Origin: Setoptus koraiensis
Lineage: Eukaryota > Animalia > Arthropoda
NCBI GenBank assembly: GCA_048013815.1
Contig: CM106586.1
Location: forward strand, 8,990,001 to 9,054,000
Length of the DNA stretch: 64,000 nucleotides
Reading direction: 5' to 3'
This document shows, in pieces, positions 54,656 to 63,543 of this stretch (its first letter is position 1; every line of letters begins with the position of its first letter). Under the pieces are notes generated by a model. It searched no databases. It worked only from the letters and a program-made list of their open reading frames with translations, and was not told where the DNA came from. The translations under genes and the position numbers were made by a program.

Positions 54656-55927
54656 TTAGGCATTTGACTGCACGTGCCCGACGCCCGGAAATTCGGAAAA
54701 TGAATAATGAAGTGGATAGTCAATAATATTATGGAGTGTGTTGGTTCTAACTTGTGTGATATAATTTTTGTATCTTTGGCGGATAAAAGCTTTATCTTTG
54801 TCTGTTTCAATCTCCTTCTTTTTGGCCACAACTTCAGGTAGATTTTTATAAATTTTAGAGGTCTGTCTTTTCATTTGACTGTAGGAAATTCTGGCCGCGG
54901 AGGCGTTAATTTGGCGAACTTGGTTGCGGTTTATGTTTGTGTTTGATTTAGAGTAATTATAATACGAGTTTGGATTTTCACTAGGATGGGATTTGTCTTT
55001 TCGATATGTATTTCGGTGGAATTCCGACGAGCGATGACACTTACAGTGACATTCCTCGTTGTTTTGTTCTTCATTTTGTTCTTCATACTGTTCTGTATTT
55101 CGTTCTATATGTTGTGCATCGAGTAGTTTTTGATATTGCTTATTTTTCTCGAATTCCTTTCTCCTTTCTACTTCCATCAATTTACGCCGTTCAGATCTTT
55201 GTTTTATGGCTTCCACACGTTGACTGGACCTTTCAATAATACCCGGACAGTTCATTGTGAATATTTCGTGCAAAGGTTGTGGTAATGGTTTAAGATGCTC
55301 ATATCTTCTGTAGATTTCTTCCTCAGAGTACGATGGCCTTTCAGTAGTTGTCGTTATTTGTTTAGTTACAGGTTTGTACATAGGTCTGTGTGTCTGTCTG
55401 TACATAGATTTGGGTGTAGGTTTGGATGTTGGTTTGTGTGCATGATTCGATATATGAGTGGATGTAGGATTTAGAGTAGGATTTTGTGTAGGATTTTGTG
55501 TAGGATCTGATGTAGGACTTGATGTAGGTTTGGGGGTAGGTTTGTGTATAGGCTTGTGCATGGGCTTCTGTATGGGCTGCTGTATGGGTCTGAGTATGGG
55601 TTTCTGTATGGGCTTGTGTATAGGTTTGTGTATAGGTTCAATAAGTACATAGTTCGTTTTCTCATAATTACTCGATTTGCTCACTCTGCTCAGCAGACTA
55701 TCTTCGCTAGTTTGGCTACCTTTGCTACTACTTAACAAACTATTGCGACTGGTTCTACCCTGTGTCTTACTTTCTTTACTTTGGATAAGTGAATCGAGAA
55801 GGGAATGCAAATTGGGTATCCTAACATCCAGCAGATGGTGCGATCTGGCATAATATCCTTGTTGTTTGAGCCTAAGTTTTTCCAGGTCGTTGCGCAATTG
55901 TCGCAACTCGCGCAAATTGTTGGACAT
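54656..55927 (-). CDS. ALMS-motif protein (ALMS1/CEP295/C10orf90-like C-terminal motif), 423 aa
   Basis: PLHEIFTMNCPGIIERSSQRVEAIKQR and ISYSQMKRQTSKIYKNLPEVVAKKKE resemble the two halves of the ALMS motif (LQEAL...PDFISRSQER; EM..RSKRIYD.LPEV) as recalled. Confidence 0.7.
   Translation of the reverse strand: MSNNLRELRQLRNDLEKLRLKQQGYYARSHHLLDVRIPNLHSLLDSLIQSKESKTQGRTSRNSLLSSSKGSQTSEDSLLSRVSKSSNYEKTNYVLIEPIHKPIHKPIQKPILRPIQQPIQKPMHKPIHKPTPKPTSSPTSDPTQNPTQNPTLNPTSTHISNHAHKPTSKPTPKSMYRQTHRPMYKPVTKQITTTTERPSYSEEEIYRRYEHLKPLPQPLHEIFTMNCPGIIERSSQRVEAIKQRSERRKLMEVERRKEFEKNKQYQKLLDAQHIERNTEQYEEQNEEQNNEECHCKCHRSSEFHRNTYRKDKSHPSENPNSYYNYSKSNTNINRNQVRQINASAARISYSQMKRQTSKIYKNLPEVVAKKKEIETDKDKAFIRQRYKNYITQVRTNTLHNIIDYPLHYSFSEFPGVGHVQSNA
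55463..55638. repeat. Coding 12-bp minisatellite (xKPI / xPTQ tetrapeptides) inside the ALMS-motif gene
   Basis: TGTAGGATTTTG and TGTATGGGCTTC-type units with 12-bp period. Confidence 0.85.
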
Positions 55928-56100
55928 GACGCAATATTATTAAATTAAAGTTAAAATTTCAGGGAATGGGGGGCATGTGATAAGTTGATAATAATAAATA
56001 ATAAAATACGATTTTTAGCGCCATAGATGACATGATTACTATTTTTGTAAGCAGCTGAGAATAGACTGTGTTTGATGTACGCACAGCCCATCCACTGGAC

Positions 56101-56396
56101 TAGTGCTGCGGGCAGGATTCCCGCTCAACCGGGTATGCCCAAATCATCTATCTGCCCAAAATAGACGTTAGGGTATGCCTAGCGTCTTGGAAGATTCTTG
56201 ATTCAGCGGGTATGCCATTCACCCTAATCTTCCGATAGCGTAATTTCGATACTTCTGGCCTTGCCATTGTTCACTGATTGTAGATTCAGAATATAAAAAT
56301 CTATTTTAGGTGAACATTTGGCCGCCTGCATGCCCAACGGCTCAGAACGAAATCTGGGTAGGGGCGGACTCTACCCATGGCTCTGCCAGCACCACT
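56101..56396. mobile_element. Possible degenerate hAT-MITE relic related to the 60403-62094 element
   Basis: TAGTGCTGCGGGCAGG at 56101 matches that element's right TIR at 15/16 nt. Internal GGGTATGCC x3 and GCCCAA motifs; weak right end CTGCCAGCAC; no clean TSD. Confidence 0.4.
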
Positions 56397-56936
56397 AATA
56401 CCTACACACTAATGCACTGGTGCAGACTGTGTGGAAGCGCACGTCATGCGATGAGCGCTTCAGTTGTGTGCGCTTGTGCGCGCTTTGTGCGATTTGTACC
56501 AGTGCATACCTGGCCTTGTGCGCCTTATGCGTTCACAGCCACACTAGTTTCACTACAACGACTTTTTCCGTATTGAAAAGCGCACACACTACTACCGTTT
56601 AGTATGCTGTGCGCGACGAAATTGTAGGGGGCGCTTCAACGGCGGTGAAAAAGCGTAGAATAAATAGTGGAGGTGCCATGTTTTGCTGCCACCACCCAAT
56701 ACATTGTACTCTTCCCAGCTGCTGCGAAAATTCTCTCTCAATTAATTCAATATACATGTATATATAATATGCAATCCATACACTTGACTGTGGCGCTAAA
56801 AATTGTCTCCAATTTACTCATTTATTTATTTGATTACTAATTTATTTACAACAAGTAAATGTCAGCCTGAAATATTAAAAATTTATTCTACTCATTTGAC
56901 CTATAACACATAGCCGCAGCGGCCCACAATACCAAA

Positions 56937-58802
56937 ATGGAAGTGGAAGACGGTGGAGGAGACCACATGATGCAGGCCAGCCCCAAAGTTACCCTCATTG
57001 ACAAGGGTTCACAATGGAGACACTTCAAACGTGGACCAAGAGTAGACAAATGTAATCATTATATGGCCACTTGCAATTATTGTGGACAGGTTTACAGGAG
57101 AGGCAAAGTAGAAATGTTGCGCCGACATCTCGCAAATAATTGCGTCAAGGTCCCAATGCCTGTGCGACAAGAGTTTAAGGCACAGTTATTGGAGGTTTTA
57201 AACAATCCGGGCAAGCAAGTTAAACGAGAAATAGTCATGGTCGAATCCGATGTGGCTACCATGGGCAACAGCACCCCCCTGAATGTTAGAGGTGGCAAAA
57301 CAAAAGTGGTCAAAAGAGAACCAAAAGACCTTTGGAACAATAATAAACAATCAACCACGATAGCCTTGCAAAATGCCGGCCCAGTTAGATATGCGGCACC
57401 ATTCCAGTTGAATAGTAATGATTTTAGGGATCACATAGTGCGTTACTGTTTTTCTGAGTTGGTAGATCTAGAATCAGTTTGCTCGCCATCATTCAGAAAT
57501 ATTGCTCATTTGTTACTTAAAGCCGCACACATATCTACCAACCCTAAACAGTTAGCTTCATTACAGTATGATCTCTCAAATCTCGATCAAAATCTTCAAC
57601 ATTTATACGAACAAGAGAAGAACGTTGTCATGGATGGTATCAAGTATTGCATTGATCGTAATGTTGGTGGTGCCATAGTGTCTGACTTCCGTGACAACCT
57701 ATGTGTTATGTCAGTGACTTATATAGACAAAGACTGGAAAACAAGAGAGAAAGTATTAAGAGCTGCACAGGTGGATAGTGCCGGCCAATTTATTCTGGAT
57801 ACTCTTATCGAATATGGACTGATGCAGGACACAAACATTTTAAACAAATTTGCCTATGTATCAAATTCTGATGGATTTCCGTCTGGAGTGGAGGTACACC
57901 TAGCGTCCATTGCAAACATAATAGATCATTGTGTCGAGGTTGCTGTATTCGCAGATGGACAATTCGATCAATTAATTGATAATTGTCGCCACATTTGTAA
58001 AGAGCTCAAACTATTACCAATGCCCACATACGCTCCATGGATTTATAATTTTGAACTTATTGAAACTGTTTTAAATAGTACCGACAAATTCGTACCAGCT
58101 AACTTTTCTCTGGATACCATGATAGAAACAATGACGATGATTTATGAATTGTTGAAACCCTTCAAAGAAACCTCCACCTCTTTAAGAGAGAGTGTAACCA
58201 AAAGACCCACCATCAACCAAGTTGTTTTAGAGTGCATAAGATTGAAAAAATTCATTGCAATTAAAGATGAATCAGCAACTAGCAATTTCCCTAAGAAGGC
58301 TGCCGTGAAAGAAGCTCTCCTAAATGAGTTCACAAATAATGTTAACCTACAAACTACTCATAAGATAGGCGTGTTTTTGTGGCCAAACTTTAGACATCTC
58401 AAGATGTTCGACGATGCTGAAAGACAAGAGATCTACAACGAAGTTCGTCGACATATAGACAGCATGCAACACTCCAACTTGTCAGGCTTAAATGCCGATG
58501 GGAGTTCTACAATGAGGTCTCAAGACTCAATATATGCGGAGTGGGAATCGACTGATGAAATTGAACAAGATGAAGTTAGTCGATATATTACAGACCAGTG
58601 TAATAATTGTGGTATTGATAATTTGATTGAGTGGTGGAGAGAGGCTTCCTGTAGGTATCCGAAATTGAGTCAACTGGCAAAATCCATATTATCTATACCG
58701 GCAAGTGTGACATCTATAGATAAGCGGGTCAAACTCAAAGCTGATATCAAAACAAACGAAAGGATGTTGTTCCTTCATTGCAATCTAGGAAGCGTTGGTT
58801 AG
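56937..58802 (+). CDS. BED zinc-finger, hAT-transposase-derived protein (ZBED-like, probably domesticated), 621 aa
   Basis: BED finger (WRHF...ATCNYC...LRRHLANNC) and C-terminal hAT dimerisation domain (LIEWWRE...YPKLSQLAKSILSIPAS). Intact, intronless, no flanking TIR pair seen. Confidence 0.85.
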   Translation: MEVEDGGGDHMMQASPKVTLIDKGSQWRHFKRGPRVDKCNHYMATCNYCGQVYRRGKVEMLRRHLANNCVKVPMPVRQEFKAQLLEVLNNPGKQVKREIVMVESDVATMGNSTPLNVRGGKTKVVKREPKDLWNNNKQSTTIALQNAGPVRYAAPFQLNSNDFRDHIVRYCFSELVDLESVCSPSFRNIAHLLLKAAHISTNPKQLASLQYDLSNLDQNLQHLYEQEKNVVMDGIKYCIDRNVGGAIVSDFRDNLCVMSVTYIDKDWKTREKVLRAAQVDSAGQFILDTLIEYGLMQDTNILNKFAYVSNSDGFPSGVEVHLASIANIIDHCVEVAVFADGQFDQLIDNCRHICKELKLLPMPTYAPWIYNFELIETVLNSTDKFVPANFSLDTMIETMTMIYELLKPFKETSTSLRESVTKRPTINQVVLECIRLKKFIAIKDESATSNFPKKAAVKEALLNEFTNNVNLQTTHKIGVFLWPNFRHLKMFDDAERQEIYNEVRRHIDSMQHSNLSGLNADGSSTMRSQDSIYAEWESTDEIEQDEVSRYITDQCNNCGIDNLIEWWREASCRYPKLSQLAKSILSIPASVTSIDKRVKLKADIKTNERMLFLHCNLGSVG

Positions 58803-58978
58803 ACAAGCTAAACACGTCTGATATATGCACGAAACTTCAGACCCTTGCGTTTAAAAGATCATATTGTAAATAAAAGAAAATATGTATTCAACCTTTCTTC
58901 TCTCATATGCCAATATCTTAACTGTCGATAATACAATTGTATTATGAAGATTTTATTCGAGATCTTTTGATTGGTGTT

Positions 58979-59697
58979 TCATAAGTTTTCGAATAGAGCG
59001 TCTGCATAACTGATCATTCCTTGATAGTCCTCGCAATGTTTATACAAAGATTCAGGGATTTTCTCTATGCCTAAATAGGCTCCGCTAAGGGAGCAAGCCA
59101 TTGAAGCAATTGTGTCGGTGTCACCTCCACAAGAAATGGCCCAATGCAAAGTGCGAACAAATTCATTTGATAACTCATAAGCATCTCTTGTCTTAGACGC
59201 ACCTCGAAGGAAGGAATATACAGCCAACGGAACGGAGTTTTGTGCCGACACATCGTTTCCCAAAACTCTCACTATGTCTCTGCAAGTAATGTCTTTTCCA
59301 GAAACGTGCATTTTCTCAATTATCTGTTTAATTTGTTTGAGTTTCTTTGTGTATATTTGATCGGGTTCTTTAACTTCTATATGGTGCATGCACTCTATTA
59401 GATAGTCCAGAAAGGCGTCTTCATTCATTATATGACCCTTTAGTTTAAGAGCTTTTCTAATGGCGAATACCATTAATAACGCTCCATTGATACCATATCT
59501 ATGCGAATGAGTTATTCTAGAGCATTTTTCTACCAAGTCCTTGGCTTGCTCATCGGAAAGATTCATTCTATCGGAGTATAATGCCAAGCCGGCACTTCTC
59601 ATTGCAGCACCATTGCCATAGCTGCCACTTCCGTTGAATTGCTTCTTTGCTGGTCCAAATGGATCCGCGTAGTTTGTTTCCTTGAGCGCTGCGAAAA
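58979..59697 (-). CDS. ADPRHL2: ADP-ribosylhydrolase ARH3, exon 2
   Basis: QFNGSGSYGNGAAMR, NSVPLAVYSF, and GGDTDTIASMACSLSGA. Acceptor CATTAG at 59698. Confidence 0.92.
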
Positions 59698-59821
59698 CTA
59701 ATGAATTTATTTCAAAGAGTGTTTATACAAAGATTGATTAGAAAGGCTTAATAACGAAATTTGATCATAGCGTGTTGACGATCATGCATAATATCTAATT
59801 GATGATAGTCTAATTACTCAC

Positions 59822-60167
59822 TAACGTGAACACTGGCTCCGTAGCCTCTATGGGGATCATGAAAGAAAGACTCAGCGTACTCTCTAGCCATGTCATTGGC
59901 ATTGAAGCCCTTATTGGCCAGAATAGACTTGCATGTTGACCTAGTCATGGCGGTATCGTCTGTATAACGCAAGGTTTTCTCGGATAGAGATTTCTGGCCA
60001 GAATTCGAAGAAGGCGTTTGGGGCTTACTTTCGGCATGAGGCTCCGTTAGACCCTTGATATGCTCAACTAAAATGTGCGGATTGACTCTGCTGCTACCCT
60101 CAAATCTGGCCCCGACTGCATCCCCCACAAGTACGCCGATGAGTGTCCCACGGTAAGCGGATTTCAT
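59822..60167 (-). CDS. ADPRHL2: ADP-ribosylhydrolase ARH3, exon 1
   Basis: RGTLIGVLVGDAVGARFE, YTDDTAMT and PHRGYG. Donor A|GTGAGT at 59821; the 124-bp phase-1 intron restores the frame (HVIFAALK); 354 aa total. Confidence 0.92.
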
Positions 60168-60367
60168 GATTATTATAATCTTGAGGTATTGATTTTGTCG
60201 GATCTGATGTGTTGATAGATTATTTGCGTCTGCTAATACACGATAGATGATGCTGATGTCTTTGATGGAATATCATGCGAGCCATGGGTGCAGTCGCAAT
60301 ATGTCAGAAGTTGCTTACATAATAATCTTGACTAGCTGATAGCTCGCGCCAGACAACCCAACAATCG

Positions 60368-61954
60368 CTAAATGAACAGTACAGCTGATAATGCATGTGA
60401 TGTAGTGCTGGGGGCAACTATGGGCGGTGGGGCATGCCCGTGTGCGGCACAGGGGCAGTGGGCAGCCGCCCAACGGGCAGGGATTTTGCGGGCAGCTTTT
60501 GGGCGAGATGGGCAGCAGGCGGGCAGCGGGCAGCATAGGATTATGGTCATATCAAATATGAATACGAGATACCAGCGAATCGGCCAGAGGCTCGTTATTA
60601 TGCCCAAAGGAAATTTGATATATCCGATGTTCAGTCTTTTGCTCAACAAGTGTATGATCTTTTTCATAAGTCCGATGATGCTGAGATCAAACGGGCTAGC
60701 GAGCTTGGATATATAAGAATGATGTCTCCCATGACTTGTGGATGGGATTATAAAGATATAAAAAAGGAGTATAAGAACTTTCCTCGGTATAAGGAACACT
60801 TGGACTATGTCAAATTTACTCCCGTTGTATTGCCGGTTGTCATGCCTACCCATATCATATATGTGGCTTTTGTAAATAGAGCAATCGATACCGATGTCAC
60901 CCATGGTTTTGTTCTTGTGGACGACAATTTCAAATATGAGAATTACTATACTTTTGTGGATATTACCGCGATAATGATGCAGATAAGCCGGATTTTTTCC
61001 TTCGCAGTCTCTCTTGACCCGATGATGTTTATGTGCACCCGGATGGTCCATAATAACGGAACAAACAGAATTCCAACTGCTAGAGAACATCGTGACTGTA
61101 TTATACAGTGGCTCACTTTGTTGCCTCACCCTCCGTTCGAAGTATATTCTGAGCATTCTTACAGAACAGACTTTATGAAGATTTTGGTTGAAGACTGCAA
61201 TGCCCATCCTTACTATACCGCTAGGGATAGGGTTAGCGCAATGGCCATTAGTCAGCCAACCAGTAAGGTCCCTACTCTCCTCTATTTGGGCACAAGAAGA
61301 CATGCCGTTATGACTGCTCGAGCTGAGGTTGCTCGCCTCAATGGTCTTCAAACTAAGGTCTATAACCGTGTGTTTACGCCATTTGCGATAATTCCTCATA
61401 TAATGCACCGGACAGTAGATAGGGCGCAGGAATTTAGATCTATGATGCCTGATGACATATCTAACAGCTTGGAAAACTGTACTGACGTCGATCATGCTTT
61501 GCAGCTCTTGAGCCACTCCGCTGATATTATTTATTCTCATGTGGAAAATAGGCCTGTGCCATATCGTCAAGTAAGCAGACCAGTAATGCCTCTGACAACC
61601 ACCGAGGTGGCCCAGACGGTCGTTGATTTTCCAGTGCATCAATCCGATGAGAAATTGGCCGAGCTTAAAAAGAGAGCTGACGAATTGTATCTTCTTGGTA
61701 AGAATCAGCAGGCTGCTGAAGTCGAGAAGGAGTTTATCCGACTTTATCGAGATTGTTATAATCAGGATGCAACATCCATTGGTGCAAGATATGGTCAAGC
61801 AGTGTTGCCAGGGTCCATTGATGATAGACATAGGCAAACGACTGGTGCCATTGTTAATGCTTCCGCCATTATACCTGCTTTGGATTCGGAAGTGGTCGAT
61901 TTGGCTGACTCTGAGAATGATAGTTCTCCAGCCTTGGAGGAATCTGCCATGGAC
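60368..61954 (-). other. In-register antisense open frame covering the whole cargo (528 codons)
   Basis: The ORF track gives 60368-61837. I extended it to 61954 because no TTA/CTA/TCA codon occurs in the + frame until 61955. Codon boundaries coincide with the + ORF. Confidence 0.8.
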
Positions 61955-62094
61955 TTACCCAACCAACCAACCCAACCAATCCATCTCGCCCAAAAGCTGC
62001 CCGCAAAATCCCTGCCCGTTGGGCGGCTGCCCACTGCCCCTGTGCCGCACACGGGCAGTCGCTGCCCATGCAGCTGCCCCTGCCCCCAGCACTA
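60403..62094. mobile_element. Non-autonomous hAT-superfamily DNA transposon (1692 bp) carrying captured coding sequence
   Basis: Identical terminal 14 bp TAGTGCTGGGGGCA, then a perfect 77-bp inverted repeat (60435-60511 vs 61981-62057). Perfect 8-bp TSD ATGTGATG at 60395-60402 and 62095-62102. An 8-bp TSD is diagnostic of hAT (or P). Confidence 0.95.
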
Positions 62095-62095
62095 A
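60539..62095 (+). CDS. Transposon cargo ORF of unknown family (frame open 60539-62095; first ATG 60719); probably a captured gene fragment
   Basis: 518 open codons with globular-protein-like composition. No transposase or RdRp motif recognised. Runs into the right TIR; the stop TAA straddles the TIR/TSD junction. Confidence 0.65.
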   Translation, partial: DYGHIKYEYEIPANRPEARYYAQRKFDISDVQSFAQQVYDLFHKSDDAEIKRASELGYIRMMSPMTCGWDYKDIKKEYKNFPRYKEHLDYVKFTPVVLPVVMPTHIIYVAFVNRAIDTDVTHGFVLVDDNFKYENYYTFVDITAIMMQISRIFSFAVSLDPMMFMCTRMVHNNGTNRIPTAREHRDCIIQWLTLLPHPPFEVYSEHSYRTDFMKILVEDCNAHPYYTARDRVSAMAISQPTSKVPTLLYLGTRRHAVMTARAEVARLNGLQTKVYNRVFTPFAIIPHIMHRTVDRAQEFRSMMPDDISNSLENCTDVDHALQLLSHSADIIYSHVENRPVPYRQVSRPVMPLTTTEVAQTVVDFPVHQSDEKLAELKKRADELYLLGKNQQAAEVEKEFIRLYRDCYNQDATSIGARYGQAVLPGSIDDRHRQTTGAIVNASAIIPALDSEVVDLADSENDSSPALEESAMDLPNQPTQPIHLAQKLPAKSLPVGRLPTAPVPHTGSRCPCSCPCPQH

Positions 62096-62660
62096 TGTGA
62101 TGTACTGTGTGCGTTTTGCGGGTTCCCTACGTTTCATCGACAGATTTACTTCACCGACACTATCGTTCACCGAGAGTATGCTTCACCGACACCATTCAAT
62201 TCACTTACAGCTTGTCTCACCTACAACTCACTCTCTCTAACACCCATCAACTACTAGTCTCCTCGACAAATCTCTTGTCAGTGATGTTAAGTGATAGCCG
62301 AGGATGCACAGTTTCTCAGCTATCACACTCACAATTAATATCCTTGTAATCATGCGTTAAATTAGTCTAGTCTGCGACGAAAGGGGTTACATAGTGGTAT
62401 AGCTGAGATCTCTTGTATTCGCAGCTACCACACTTACATGAATTTATCGATTGCGAGCGTTAACAGGTTGTCATAAACTCCTTTGAATCCTTCAACGATA
62501 CTTGTCCACAAAAAAAAAAAAATAAGCGCTCGAAATACTGATTTGATCAGTATTACTTGATTTCAACAAATTGACCAACTCTTTCTAGGCGGGACGCAAA
62601 TAATCAACTCACAAAATTAAGCGCTCTTGACACTGATAAGATCAGTATCACTTGTTTTAA

Positions 62661-62955
62661 TTAAGGTCGTACTTCCAACCCTTCGCAACGGCTGCTTGAG
62701 GCACAACTTGACAAGGTAGTCTGCGTACTAGAATTTTCGTCCATCTTCTCTTGCACTTCCTGCACAACTTCAGGAGTTCTCACAGCTCTCCCCCTACGAT
62801 TAGAAACTTCCTCCAATTCAACTGATCCAGTTCGTTCGAATCTTTCTATCAAATCTGTTATCGTTTTGTGGTGAGGTTTTTTCAAATTTTTGTACTCTGT
62901 TGACCATTTTCGTTGAGTTCCTATTATGCAACTCGAGCTTTGATAGGTTCGAACT
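62661..62955 (-). pseudogene. Tc1/mariner-type N-terminal HTH (DUF4817-like) relic
   Basis: YQSSSCIIGTQRKWSTEYKNLKKPHHKTITDLIERFERTGSV...RRGRAVRTPEVVQEVQEKMDEN fits the P..TI..L..KF..TGSV....GR...RTPE pattern. Preceded by in-frame stops; no DDD/E domain follows. Confidence 0.65.
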
Positions 62956-63543
62956 CAAACTGCCAGTGCTGTTATCAACTACCGTGGTTGCCATACATGG
63001 CTGTTCATGGAGCTCACTGAAGCTAGAGCACGAGTAGTCGATTTGCATTGAGTTATCACTATTTACATAGGGATAGTAGTATTGGCAGCGTTGTGGATAG
63101 GACATGTTTGAATATAAATCTTTAATTCTGAAAAGTTCAATGACTCTAATATTCCTTTGATAGCAAACAAACGTAGATCCTTCAAGTCTGACAACAAAAT
63201 CTGCTAACATGTTGGGTGATCTTCACGAGCGCACATAATCATATGATTTCTTATTTTATTTTATAGTGCGCAAGAAAAACAAGGGCATGCCATTTTGTGC
63301 GCGGATAATGTTTCATTTGGTCTCTATTCACCCCAGTAACCGTTCATATTGTGATCAAGAACGCGTTACAAGTTGATTGTCTCACAACATCTGTTCAACT
63401 CGCGATGTCCAGAAAATATTTTGTCCACGTGCTACACAAATTCATTATCTGAATAATGTTATGAGATTGGACTCGTCTCTATTTATTTCATTCCATATCC
63501 ATTATTTATTATTTGAGTAAGGGCATTTCAACAAGGTGAAAAA

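Noticed and set aside
56101-62094. One large composite hAT element from the 56101 end to the 62094 end, enclosing the ZBED-like gene and ARH3
   Set aside because: The flanks (CACTGGAC vs ATGTGATG) are not a TSD, and the 62094 end already pairs with 60403 through a perfect TSD.
60539-62095. Cargo as a transposase, reverse transcriptase or RdRp
   Set aside because: No BED finger, DDE contexts, YxDD or GDD polymerase motif context was recognised; the identity is left open.
61623-62240. 205-aa minus-strand ORF overlapping the right TIR
   Set aside because: It begins in host flank, crosses the GC-rich TIR, and is out of register with the cargo; probably incidental.
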